NCBI RefSeq assembly: GCF_001194135.2
Contig: NC_068982.1
Span: 68,413,262-68,477,261 of the forward strand
DNA: 64,000 nucleotides
Direction of reading: 5' to 3'
Origin: Octopus bimaculoides
Lineage: Eukaryota
Position numbers and translations under genes: made by a program
Notes under the pieces: model-generated
What the model was told of the DNA's origin: nothing
Database searches by the model: none
The model's input: the letters and a program-made list of their open reading frames with translations, nothing else
Shown here: one piece after another, positions 25,807-39,719 of the stretch
Numbering within the stretch: the stretch's first letter is position 1
How the letters are laid out: each line of letters starts with the position of its first letter

Positions 25807-26426
25807 CAATATTCTCAAGCACTAAATGCAGTACACAAATACTTTATTTTATTTTGTTCCATTCCATTCCATTTCCTTGAAAAATATGAAAACTTTCTGT
25901 ACTTGTACATGAATAAACTAAGGAATAATTCCTTCATTTCTTCTTGGCTAATCTTATTACCCAAATACTTTTCTTTCTGTACACCACCAAAATGTTTCGT
26001 GTATATATATATATATATATATATTAAACCATCAAATATTTAAATGCTTTTTCTTTTTAAATTTTAAATAAGAAGAGTTATTAATGAAATGACAACAAAA
26101 AGTATAATACATACAAAAATACAAAGAAAAACAAAAATTTAAACAGCTATCAAGGAAACAGTGTGATAGTTTTTCAATGTAACAATAGATAAAAATAAAA
26201 TAAAATAACATAAAATAAAACAAAAGGGTAAACAATAATGAATACTAATGAACAAGGAGGCTGCCAATGATATTCACAGAATAAACAGCAAGCAAACAAA
26301 ACCCAACTAACCAGTAAAATGCATGCAGGAAAACAACAGCTCCAAGCAACGCGTTCATTCTGGAGCACAGTTGACACCAAGTATATTTGGTAGCACCTAA
26401 GAAAGGAGACGGGTATGGAGACAGAA

Positions 26427-26457
<31 letters not shown>

Positions 26458-26580
26458 TAGAGAGAAATGAAAGAGGGAAGATATGTATGGGGGAACTTGT
26501 TTGATGCTACCTCTCATAACAATGGCCTGTGTTAAAGGAGGGAACTGTTATGCTTAGTGGAGCTATAGTTGAACGCGTAC

Positions 26581-26838
26581 CTGGGGCAGTTTTCTTGGTT
26601 GCCACTGGTCTGGGGCGGCCGTGCAAGGAAGTGCTGACTGATGGGAGGACTGATTTGGGAGACATGGGTGAGGAGTGGTCAGTTGGGATAGCAGCAGACA
26701 AGTCATTAAGCGATGTGGGTTCAACGCTGTACGACATTCGTGATGGTTGTTTGGACGATGGACTGGTTGTCAGCGAAGATGCATCGTGCTGGTCACCACA
26801 GACAACTGGTGCAATGTTACAACAACCAGTAGCCAGAT
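26581..26838 (-). CDS. REPS1: REPS exon (258 nt, Ser-rich)
   Basis: ggattttcag|AT...CCAG|gtacgc, phase 1-1. LATGCCNIAPVVCGDQHDASS...LHGRPRPVATKKTAP. Confidence 0.85.
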
Positions 26839-27409
26839 CTGAAAATCCAAACAAGTAGAGGACTTGGTAGCATAATTCATTAAGTAAAGGGTTTTAGCAT
26901 CTTTTAACAAATTTACTTTAAGTTTAATTTGAAGTATAAATAATTAGGTTATTTCATCACTTCATGAATCTCAAAAAGTATTTAATATAGACAAGAGCTA
27001 TCTTTATGATCAAAACTACTTGTGCTAATGGGTTTTCTTGTGAAAGAAATATATTTAACTTAACAATATAACACTACAAAATTTTTTTTTAAATAAAGAA
27101 AAGTACAACAAAATCAAGAGTTATATTTTTGATTAGTTAAAATAATTCCTAACATTTTCTACTTTCTAGAAGAATTCCTTACAACAAAAGATATTTTAAA
27201 TTTTCTCATTTTCAATGAGTTTATAAAATTTATTTTAAGACAATAATAGTTCTGAATCCTTATGTTGAGGAAAAGTTTTCACTATATAATACTTACTATG
27301 TCAACATAAACATAGTTATTATATATTTATATACAATTCACATTATTTCATTTTAACCAAACTCATATGTAGCATGCATATTATTGTTTTAATGATCAGC
27401 GCACGCACG

Positions 27410-27475
<66 letters not shown>

Positions 27476-27701
27476 CACACCTACATATAAACTATTTCAA
27501 AATACATTTTCATAGGTGCATGGATATGATGACTTATTAAATGTTATCAATTTTGTATAGATGCTGTAACAAAAGCCATTTCTATTCACTTGACGTGGAG
27601 TGGATGTAACAGTTACCTTCGGTTTGCCTGAGTAAACCAAGCAAAGTAATGTGTCATAATATGGGCAAAAAGAGAATTAGTGTTAACTAATAATCTTTGC
27701 T

Positions 27702-28042
27702 CTGCACTAAAGTCTAGTTTTTGTTGCAGTGTGGTGGCTTGTGAGCCTCAATGACCCTGAGAGCTACACTAGCAGAGTGCAAACTCAACGTAGGGTTTCC
27801 CATGCAGAGCAGGAGAAAGGACAGAGACCCAACTAATATAGATTACTTCTCAACAGCAAAAATGGATTTGCATAGGGTCGTCAACACCTTTACCCAGATA
27901 AAAGTAAAGCAACAGAAGCATTGATGACAATTCAAAACCAACAAAATCTGGGAGAGGAAAACATAACCCATAATTAAGAACAATGGAATAAAGTTGTCGA
28001 TGGCCTATGCTCCAATAGAGAGAGCAAAGGACTTTAGTAAGA
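27702..28042 (+). mobile_element. Short non-autonomous RTE-derived element (5' UTR-like head plus 3' tail) with a 13-bp TSD
   Basis: TSD aataatctttgct at 27689-27701 and 28043-28055. Head ggcttgtgagcctcaatgaccctgagagcta...gtagggtttcccatgc resembles recalled RTE/Expander 5' UTRs. Tail gtcgatggcctatgctcc...aaggactttagtaag. Confidence 0.6.
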
Positions 28043-29410
28043 AATAATCTTTGCTATATGACACTTTAAATAAAACAACTTTGCAGCCATCAAGCATATT
28101 ATCATTATTGTTAGGGGTGGTGGAGTCACAGAATAGATGAGCTGTCAGGCTAAATATCTTGCAGTATTTTGTTAACCAAAGTCAATTCTACCATTTATTC
28201 TGAGGTCAATAAAATAAGTACTGAAGTTGGTGAAAATTTCTTCTTACAATTTATGACCTTGTGCATAAATTAAAAATTATTAGATCTATTCAAGTTGATC
28301 TACAGAATATTGTTATTTATGATCAAAGGCATTCAAGCAACCAACATATGATTTTTATAGGGTTATCTAATGTCTTTTTCTTTTCTTTTTAATATTTCAT
28401 TTCACTACTGAAGTGGTATTGCAGATACATAAGCAGTGATGGTAATGAGTGAGCTGCTTTAAGATTGTTGAGATTTCAAGCAGGAAAACTTTAAACTAAG
28501 TGCACAAGCTGACACATCATCATCATTATCCCATAATATCCATCTTCCATGCTAGCATGGTTTAGAGGGTTTGATAGGATCCAACAAGCTAGAGGACTGC
28601 ATCAAGCCTCAATGTCTGTTTCTGGCATATAGCCAATTATTTACACAAACCATGTTTACCTAGCAGTTATCAATGAGCACCATAACTGTGACAACACACA
28701 CTTCTATGGGGAATGTAGCTGTGTTGAGAACCAGTGAGTCATAACTGCTCCCACCTATACTACATTCTGTGTGTGCCCCTGAAAGAAAAATTGCAGTACT
28801 TCATTGTTGCAGACAGGTGTAATATTCTGATCACCACAACAAAACATCTGAAAATTTGTTGGTGGTTCTAACATCAGTTGGGCCTAGGGTATAATGTCTT
28901 GCTCATAACCTAGTTTTAAAGAACTTGATCAATAGCATCCACTCCATCTTGTCAAAATAACCTGGATCCAACAAACATAGTCAGGATTGGTTGCAGGAGC
29001 AGTTTTTCACATGAAACCGTCTGTGATGTTCTACTCTGATAATTTTGTCAGAGTTGTTTCCCTTAGCATTCTGCTATCCTTAGCACTCACAAATCCCTGA
29101 GAAACCCTTAGTTGGAAATCTGACACTAACAAGTTTATGTTACAATCTGACTCTCAAGATAGTGTAGACCTGAATTTTGAGTTTATTATATCCTAGACCG
29201 ATGTTCAGACCACTAAGGGTCTACCTATCACTCTCAGTAGTTTTACTTTGAGTTACAATGTCCCTATACACACTGGATTCAACCAAACTTTTAGCTAGTC
29301 TGATTTTTTGGGTGGGTGTGCTAGTTTAGTTGCACTCAACACAACCATGTAACTGATTATACTTGATTACATATCAGTAGCATTCACATTTACAAGTAAC
29401 TTGAAAAAAA

Positions 29411-29470
<60 letters not shown>

Positions 29471-30163
29471 CTCACACACACACATACATACATACATTTA
29501 CATACATTAGTTTACATATATTCATTCACACATATACACATAGCCATACATGAGTTTTTTAATTACATCAAAATATTTACCTAAGCAAAATGAAAATGTA
29601 TTTATTATCTTAAAATTAAACAATAATAGATGTATATTCCTGTGATGTTTAATGTTAAGTATATATTTAAGATTAAGTTAGTAAGAAGTTGCATGAAGCT
29701 AGATTGATTTGTTTACTTCCTAAATGCTTCACTGGATACCTAGTACGATTGCAACAATTTAGTGCAGACCTAATTTTTTCAAAATGCCTAGAAGAGCTGA
29801 AGCATTATCACAACAGAAAACATTAAGCTTTATTGGCAACACAAATTAAATTAACACATGCAAAATGAAGTAGGTCTGAAATATCAACTAGGATTTAACA
29901 ATAAAGTAAAGTTATAGACTTTTCAGGATGTAAGTATTGGCAGTTCGGATACTTGATACCAATGAAATTATAACAGCTATCAAAGTTGAAATACATCATA
30001 AGAGATTCAGAAACAATGGAATTTCTTCAATAAATTGCATGCATTATCAAAAACAACAATAAACCACTTTGAAATTATTTTCTCTTTCATATTCGAGTTT
30101 GACAAAGCCAACAAACAACAGGTTTTTCTCCAATATTATACGTAAGATGATACCTACAAAGAT

Positions 30164-30195
<32 letters not shown>

Positions 30196-31149
30196 ATGAG
30201 AGAGAGAGAGAGTGTGTCTGCATACGCATGAGTGTGTGTAAATGTGGGTGTGACTGCTTGAGTGTGTGTCTGAATGTGTACGAGTGTGAGTGTGTGTGAA
30301 TGTGTACAAGTGTGTGTGAGTGTGTAAGAGTGTGTGTGTATGAGTGTGTACATGTGTATGAGTGTGTGTGTGTGAATATATACATGTGTGTATGAGCGTG
30401 TGTGTGTATGTACGAATGTGTACATTTTGCTTACTAACTTTCCTCTTTTGTTTTGTTTTTTATTTCAATAAAATTATTTCCAAAAAGAAATTATGACCCC
30501 AACTAGCACACATCTGCAAACAGCCTTTCACCTGATATATTGAACTACCATTAGAATTTTTCTTTTTTTTTTTACACTATATTTTTCACAACATCATCAA
30601 CACACGTTGATCTTAGCCATCATTAATGTCATCATTTATCCAATAAAATAATCAATACAACAAGTATTAAAACAACAACTAATATATCATCAAATATAAT
30701 GCATCCACTTAAATACTTATGAAATTATACAATTATATATAATCCACAGAACACAAAGAGACACTTATAAATAAACAAACAGAGATACCGAGTTGATGAC
30801 AGTGATAAACTAAGACTTTACAATAAATAAAGTGACCAGATGAACAGCTACAGGTGTTGAGACCACAGGAAACAGTTACAGTTATAGTGCCACAGTTAAC
30901 AGGCAGTGGATTGAGTGTTTAAAGAAATATATATATATATATATANNNNNNNNNNNNNNNNNNNNNNNNNNNNNNNNNNNNNNNNNNNNNNNNNNNNNNN
31001 NNNNNNNNNNNNNNNNNNNNNNNNNNNNNNNNNNNNNNNNNNNNNNNNNNNNNNNNNNNNNNNNNNNNNNNNNNNNNNNNNNNNNNNNNNNNNNNNNNNN
31101 NNNNNNNNNNNACACACACACACACACACACAGACACATATGCGCATGC

Positions 31150-31224
<75 letters not shown>

Positions 31225-34200
31225 ACAGCTTTAGGACCACTACAATGAGTGTCAGTGCCACATCTGATGAGATGGGGATGGACATTGGAGAATAGGATTC
31301 AGTGAAGCTGAAATACCTGTTAATTGTTGGATTCCTTGGAATGACTTTGAGGCTCTGTACATCCCAAAAGTAGCCCAATACCGCTTTAGATAAGGATTTA
31401 AATGATAAACACCTGCATTGATCAAACCAAGTAAATATATACAAAACAGCTAAGAAATGTAATTAACTTTCAGACATCTAAGTAGGAAATAAACAGTAAA
31501 AACAGACAATGAAATTGAACAGCATCTACAAGAAAATATATTTTTAAAAATTTTTATAAACAAATGTATAAAAACATTGACGGAAATCCTTAATGAAATA
31601 ATGAACAATTAATTGATTAAAAGGAATAACACAACTGAACACCACCAACATAATATCTGCAAATTCTAAAATTTTCAACAGAGTACTGAATAAATGAGAC
31701 ATAAGTATTCGCCAGAGTCAAAATAAATAAATAAACCTTTTCAAAACATTTTAGAATCTGACATTCCATAAGAAATCACATGAATATAGTTGATGCTTCT
31801 GAAAAATGTATTAGAAAATACTTCTTTATAAAAAAACCAATTCTTTCAATATACAAACAAATTTATTTTGGTCTTATTCCTATTAACCTTATGGTGATCA
31901 GATTATTATATTCCAAAGCTACTAAATAATCAACCTACACAATAAAAAAAATAACCTAATTAAAAGACAAAACTAAATATTTCATCAGTTAATCAGACAC
32001 ATGAAAGAACGACCAGCATATTAAATTCAAATAACTTCAAATTTTTTTATACATATTGTAACTAGTATATTTTATTATTTAAGAAATCTTCTATATATTT
32101 CCAATATAAGATTTTCTTTAGACCAAAAACTTATCAATAACATAAATTAGTAAAATTCCATTTAATGCACTAAAAACTCTCTTGTAGTCTTTACTGCCGT
32201 AGCAAAAACAGCTGTTATGTTAAAAATGTTACTATTAAAAAGATGAAATACTTATGTCTCAAAGTTAAACCGAGATGTAGAGACTAAGATGACAGAAAAC
32301 AGTTCAAAACAAAACTGCTTAGATTGTACAAACGAAGGAAATCGTAATTATTTATAACAAAACATTTGCTAAGAACAAAAATAAAGGAAAGAAAGAAAAA
32401 AATGAAAAAATAATGGAAACATTTCTCTTCAAAGTAAATTATTTAATATACAGTTAACAGATATAACAAATAAAACCACACATTGACTAAATTAAAGGAA
32501 AAACAGAAAAATACATTAAGAGCTAACATCTATCTAGGAGGACACATGTGGTTTGGCACAATAGCAGGTGCATGTGTATCAGCATGCACACGCACAGACA
32601 CTAAAGAGTATAAAAAGAAAGATGGAAGAACAACTTATCAATCTCTTTATTAGTGAAAGCAAATTAATTGTGGTAAAAAATTAAAGAAAAAAAGTGTTGT
32701 AGCATTTAATAATTATTATCTTTTACTTTTTCCAGTTACCGAACTGCAGCCATGCCGGGGCATTGCTTTGTATGATTTAGTCAAACAAATCAACCCTAGT
32801 ACTTTTTTTTTAAAGTCTGGTACTATTCTATTGATCTCTTTTGTCAAACCACTAAGTTATGGGTACATAAACCAACACTAATTGTCAAGCAGTGGAAGGG
32901 AGACAAGCACATATTTATATGTATATATGATGGGCTTCCACACAATTTCCATCTACCAAATTCACTCACAAGGCTTTGGTTAGCCTGCAGGTATAAAAGA
33001 AGACACTTGCCCAAGGTGCTATACAGTGGGACCTAACCCAAAATCACATAGTTGCAAAGTAAGCTGCTTAACCACACAGCCAAACAAAAGTTCTCTACAT
33101 TATAACGGAGAAACCTGCTAATTAATTAGGTATGTAACAGTTACTAAAAGTACTAAAAGGAAGTAATTATTAAAGGCTTGACCATCTGGAAATTTTTTTT
33201 TAAATTCATGTTCCAAAAAATTTCCTATAATTTCAATTTCTGAAGTTTATTAGATTTTTTAACTCCAATTTCTCACAAATTTAAATATTCATTGCATTCA
33301 CTGCAGAGTATTCCATTTTCATTTGCAAAGTCTCACTCTCTATTTCAATGTTTTTATTTCAAGTTTTAATTTGCTATTTGGGAAACTGACAGTTTATTTT
33401 ATTAATGTATACATAACATAAAAACATTTATTGAATGAAAATTTTTTAATATAGTGGGTATAATTTTTGTAAAAAAAATTTTTAAGTGAATTTTTTGTTA
33501 TGGCTGTTTGGAACGCTATAAGCCTTACAATAATAACTATCCGGACTGATTTGGGCCATTTTCTTTTTTAACTTAAAAACCATGGGAGGAGCTTTATCGG
33601 TAAAAAAATAAAATTTTTCTATAATGTAAATATTTTCAGAGGAAAAGGTGAACAACTCAAGAGAGGTTTCACTGTTTCTAGCACAACCCAAACCATCCTC
33701 CGTTTTCACTCTCACATGTATTGATGTTTTTTCAATATTTTTCTCCCATTAAACACATTTCATGGAATGATGATGCTGAAGTAATACACGTGTGGCCCAT
33801 TGGTGGAATATAAGCAACAAAATAAATTGTAATCTAAATTTTTNNNNNNNNNNNNNNNNNNNNNNNNNNNNNNNNNNNNNNNNNNNNNNNNNNNNNNNNN
33901 NNNNNNNNNNNNNNNNNNNNNNNNNNNNNNNNNNNNNNNNNNNNNNNNNNNNNNNNNNNNNNNNNNNNNNNNNNNNNNNNNNNNNNNNNNNNNNNNNNNN
34001 NNNNNNNNNNNNNNNNNNNNNNNNNNNNNNNNNNNNNNNNNNNNNNNNNNNNNNNNNNNNNNNNNNNNNNNNNNNNNNNNNNNNNNNNNNNNNNNNNNNN
34101 NNNNNNNNNNNNNNNNNNNNNNNNNNNNNNNNNNNNNNNNNNNNNNNNNNNNNNNNNNNNNNNNNNNNNNNNNNNNNNNNNNNNNNNNNNNNNNNNNNNN

Positions 34201-34731
34201 NNNNNNNNNNNNNNNNNNNNNNNNNNNNNNNNNNNNNNNNNNNNNNNNNNNNNNNNNNNNNNNNNNNNNNNNNNNNNNNNNNNNNNNNNNNNNNNNNNNN
34301 NNNNNNNNNNNNNNNNNNNNNNNNNNNNNNNNNNNNNNNNNNNNNNNNNNNATCCCTGAAAAAATTTCCCCCACAATTTTCTTTATAATCGTAATCTATG
34401 CAGTCTGAAAGGGATTGGATAGACTTTCATTAAAAGATATCCATTTTCCTGGAAGTTATGAGGGAAAAAAAGTCAGATCACATGAATTTTCCAAAACTCC
34501 TCTCTCCATCCCCTCGGAAAAATTCTTTCTCATAAATCCCTATATACTCTGAATCCACAACATCTACGTGGTCTTTGTAGAAAATTTTGTTAAAAAGTAT
34601 CGATTTTTGGGGATGTTATGAGGCAACAAAGTCAGGAGTGTATACATCTGTAGTAATGCCCTTTTATTTATATGATGTTTTCATTTCATGTTTATTTCAT
34701 TCATTATTTGCAATGTTCTCTCTCCTCCTCC

Positions 34732-34810
<79 letters not shown>

Positions 34811-37104
34811 AAGTTTACAGATGGACTGCTGAATTGAAATTTCTATGTTGCTTTGAGAAGATAGGACTTGGCAAACTGCTTCTCCCCCTGTCATTGGACT
34901 ACAGTGGTGTTTGTTTAAAAAAGAGACATTATGACTGTGATAAAACAATGAAAGCAATATTTACTAAGCAAGTGAGCACTATTATACAAAGAAATAATTA
35001 GAAGTAAAATATCATAAAAATTATTAGATTTGGGAATCAAATGTGAAAATACTTGGGAATAAAATGTGAAAAAGTGGTTAGCAGAAGACTGCCCGGAGGG
35101 TGGTCTTTCTGCTAGTATTACTAATGTCAATTACTTTATCTAAATAGTTATATTAGTCCATAGTTCAATCATTGAACAATGCAGTGTGTAGTATCACTGA
35201 GCAAAGCACTTCATATTACATTGCTCCCCTCTACTCAGCAGAAATGAATCCCACTCAAAGGCTAGTACAGCCCACCCTCGTCCCACTCTCCAACTAGAAG
35301 TACTGCTGGATTAAGGATGGGAGAGTTGAGACAGTGTCTATGTCATTGCAAATACATAGGTACCTAAAACAATTAGCAAAAGTATGGGAGACTCTATCAG
35401 GTCAAACTTGCTTGAAAGTGACTGCTATGGTTACATGGTTTTATAAATTTATAATAGGGTAACATAAAATTATAGAGGACATGATATGGTAAATATTCAA
35501 TCACACTTAAAAGAGCCCTGGATCAATTCCATTACTGTTAAGTCACAGAATCACAAAATTTATATCATGTTCTCAATCTTATCATATTGGTTATCAACAT
35601 AGATGGTATTTCTAACTTTTAAACAGAAGAACTGGTATAATCAACTTAACTACTCCTGGGTAGGAGTATAAAAACTCCACCCCTCTGCCAAGTCATGTCA
35701 AACCAGTGTAACAGAGTGGGTTCATCAAACCAGTATGATCTCAAGCTCAAATTCATGGCCTACACATCAGATCATGGTTGGTGAAGAGAACATGCTGAGG
35801 CCTTCATCCTGTAGTGGACTGAACTTAGGCAATCCAATCCAACCCAAAACAGAAGCATTGACATTTTAGACAATGCTACTTGATCATGTAGCTTCGGAAG
35901 ATAACCCTAAAATTCAGCATTAAAATTAGATGGCCATCAAAATGTTAAATGCTATGGCTGATTTAACTGGATTACAATAACAAACTGTTAAGAGTTTATT
36001 TTTTCTTTTATAATGAAGGGAAATAGGTATAGAAAAAAGAAAACAAAAAGATATGGACATGGTTGTGTGATTAGGAGGTTCACATTGCAACCATGTGATT
36101 CCATGTTTAATTTCCTTATTCAACACCTTGAGCAAGTATCTTCTACTGTAACCTCAAGCTGATTAATGTCTCATGAGTAGAAGTAATAGATGGAAATTAC
36201 ATGAAAGCCCCAACATATGTGTGTGTACTAATGTTAACATCATTTGTTTCTCTAAAAAAAACTTTTTTAAACCAGCTATGTTTATATTATGCCCCCATTG
36301 TTCTGTAACTTATCAGTTTGCAAAATAGAGGTCAATAAAATAAGCACCAGTACTGTATAATTGATTAAAACCCTTCACGGTAATGCCCTAGCATGATCAC
36401 AGCCCAATGAATGAAACCAATAAAAGAATATAAAAATAAAAGTATTCTACAATAATAATGCAACCAGATAAGGCCTTCTCTAACTGCAATACTATGCAGA
36501 AAGCAAAATAACTGACCTTGTTTGTAAAATTAAAAAAGGCTCATAATATTTATACAAAGGAAACTGTTTGGGATAAATAAGTAAGTATATATGCCAGCAT
36601 GAAAGATGGATGTTAAAAGATATATAAAGATAAATAATATAAACCTAAAATGTGCTGAACAGTGATATAGTTAAACATTTGCATTGCCCAGGGTTAGCCC
36701 TTGAGTTTTCTCTTCTTTAAAAATATATAAAGTACTATGAGAAAAAAAATGCCCCTTCACTCACTTTTAGCTACAATCAAGATACTGGATATTAACTTTT
36801 GATATCAAAAGTGAATATCTCAAGAAATTTAAGTGATTGATAAAGTTATTCTTGTATCTTTCTTTTCATTGGGGGACACATGCATAAAGAATTTTTTTTT
36901 TAATAGAAAAATGAAGAGGATAACAATAATAATAATATTATTAATAATAATGATAATAAATGGCATGATAATGGATATGAAATTATATCATTACACATAC
37001 TCACTCACACGGACATACATACTGTCAATAAGATAAAGAAAATATTTTCAGAAAAAAGAGAGAGAAAAAAAGAGAAAGGTTGATATATACATGTGTGAAC
37101 TAAC

Positions 37105-37213
37105 CTGTTGCTGTGCCTGCAGCTGTCCAGTTGTTTCTATCAGTAATTTCTGGGGGAATGGGGTGGCCATCAGGAGACATTCGAAGTGCAACCGGATGGA
37201 TTATCTTGGAATC
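37105..37213 (-). CDS. REPS1: REPS exon (109 nt)
   Basis: catactaaataag|GAT...ACAG|gttagt. DSKIIHPVALRMSPDGHPIPPEITDRNNWTAAGTAT. Phase 0 in, phase 1 out. Confidence 0.9.
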
Positions 37214-37939
37214 CTTATTTAGTATGAGGAACAAAGAAATGGTGATGAAATACGAAACAAAATATCATCTCTAATAATTCAATTTAGAATGTAATATACT
37301 TTACCTATACAAAACATAATATATGGAAAACTAAGGTTGCAAATAGATATAACAAACAAAAATTTCAAACACCAGTAAATATATTTCTGGTAGATGAAAT
37401 TTAAAGACTAAATTCATAAGGCATGGCTGTGTGGCTATGAAGTTTGCTTTGAAACCACATGGTTTTGGGTTCAGTTGCACTGTGCAGCACAAACATTATG
37501 CAGTATTGATGATCAAATAGGAACCATCAGTCTACTGAATGAGCCAACTACAATTTGTTTTTCTCTCCCCAATCTCTGCCACACAAAATTTAACTTTTTT
37601 TTTTCTATATTCACAAAAGTGAGCTTCTTTGTATATTGTGTTCAGAGCAATTTATTTTCATCCTGAATGCCTTTCCAATGGCCTTAATAATTTCCTTTAA
37701 GTGGAACATGTCTTCCATTTTCAGAAAATGTATTGGTTTAGTAAGTGACTTGATTCGATTTTGCATTGTAACTCAAACAACAACTGCATCATGCTAGATT
37801 CATGACAGCCTTCGGAAACACTGACATAGCATTTAGAGTCACTTTTGTTCTCATTTGTTCTTCTTTAATAATAGTATTACATACAATTAATTATCTTTTG
37901 ACACACATTTAAAATCAGGACATAAATATTCACAAAGGT

Positions 37940-38400
37940 GAGAAAGAACATCAATGCACCAATATTTTCATCTTCCTGCATATATGCAAGACATGACAGA
38001 GACATCCCAGGACAGAAATTCAGAAGAAGACAGAAGTGGTAGAGATGAGATGTTCCTGCAACATCTTAGGGAATTCTGTACTTCAATCACATCACAAATA
38101 AACAAGTTCATGAAACCTTCCAGTATTACATTAGCCCCATGAAGACTGCACAACAGTGAAGAAAAAGATGGTATAACCATATAAGAAGATCCAGTGAACT
38201 TGCAAAGACCATTTTTTCTATGAGTTGTGGATGGGAAAAGAAGGAGAAGTAGACAGTGGAAAAGATAGACAGGCAATATGTGAGTGAAGAAAAAACTGGG
38301 GTTACAATGTTACAATGCCCACTTTGATTCCATGAGCAGTTGAGGGCCCAAGACAAGACTATTATGCAACATTATCTCATAAATAGAAGAAATGTCAAAA
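37940..38400 (+). mobile_element. Old RTE LINE 3' fragment
   Basis: TEIQKKTEVVEMRC..ILG.SV..H resembles the RTE RI.A.EMRC.R..LGIS..DHITN segment and is followed by AQDK near the end. Confidence 0.55.
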
Positions 38401-38511
38401 TTTTTCACTTAGACATTAGCCAATTAAAAATATAAGCATTAAAAATGTAGTCAGTATGGTGTTTGGAGCACAAGAATAATGATTTCCAAATTCTGTACTT
38501 TAGTTACTCAC

Positions 38512-38619
38512 AGGGTCAGTAGCTACTGGCTTAGAGAATTCAAAATTGACTGGCTTAGGAGCTGGAGATGATAAACCACTGGAAGTAGGGGATTCAACAG
38601 GAAAAGTTGTTCGTGTCCA
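38512..38619 (-). CDS. REPS1: REPS exon (108 nt)
   Basis: cttatcattgcag|TGG...CCT|gtgagt. WTRTTFPVESPTSSGLSSPAPKPVNFEFSKPVATDP. Phase 0-0. Confidence 0.87.
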
Positions 38620-39719
38620 CTGCAATGATAAGAGAGTAGTCGTAATTATGTTCAAGGATCAAAAAGTTATATAAGTAATGCAAATGATAAAACATGAAAA
38701 TAAATCAAAGCATATATTTTTAAATAAATTTCCAATGAGCAACATATATGTAAAATATACAAATGTAGAGACTTCACAATTGTTTCTGGTGCCTCAGCCA
38801 CTACAATATTCTTGGAATCCTACTTCCAGATAATACCAGGTTATATAATAAAGTAGTTTTTGTTTTAAATATCTGGAATTTTTTTAATATATGTGGATCC
38901 TGTTTTGAAGGACACACACATACATATACTACAGTTTTGAGCACTTTAAGTGAACATTGCACAAAAGTATATTTTGTTGATTTTAAAGAATATTTTCATT
39001 CTTTACAGACATGCACACACATACACAAAGCTGTTATCACAAAGTTTCTGAACTGTACATGCTGTGATTGTACTGTTCAACAGAGATGCATAGACAGCTG
39101 ACAATCATTGGTTAGACAGCTTGCTGAATCAAACAAGCAAAGCACCCTTGCAGCTAAACAGCAACCAGAATATAGAAGAAATAGTTTCTATCAAGGCAGT
39201 GAATGAAAATAGCAGTAACTGACATATTAGAGAACTCATACTTATTAATTCATATACAATTACAGATAACAATTGCCAAACATTTCTCAATTAGTTTAAA
39301 GGTCAATATTCGATGCTAAATATTGGTTTTGGTTCAAATTATAAAAAAAAAAAAGAACACAATGCTGCTGGATGGGTTTAGAAAGTTTTTAGTTCCTAAT
39401 GTTTGAGAATAGATTTTTTTTAATGATACAAAACAGGATTTTTACAGTTGAAATGGCTCATAACATCTCCAAATTAGACAGCTGACACAACATTGCAAAG
39501 TATACAGTCTGTGTTAACAGCCAAGAATAGATCTCAACTGGATAATAATGAAAATATAGTAGACCATTACTGATATAATAAATATGACATAACTATTACA
39601 ACAATTATACTGTTATAAACCATAATCTCTATACATATAGCAGATATTGTCAGCAACAACACATTTTTAACTTAGATGTATTCTGTATATCTCCAATCAA
39701 ATATGAAATATTGATAAAA

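Noticed and set aside
31240-31325. Exon-like GC-richer patch on the minus strand (tandem acceptors aacag/tttcag)
   Set aside because: In the required phase 1 it reaches a stop (…HQMWH*) and has no phase-1 donor.
33480-34590. Possible Tc1/mariner DDE fragment flanking the 508-N gap
   Set aside because: Only vague motifs (MVW, LLPW) are present, and the sequence looks like low-quality read ends. Not supportable without a profile search.
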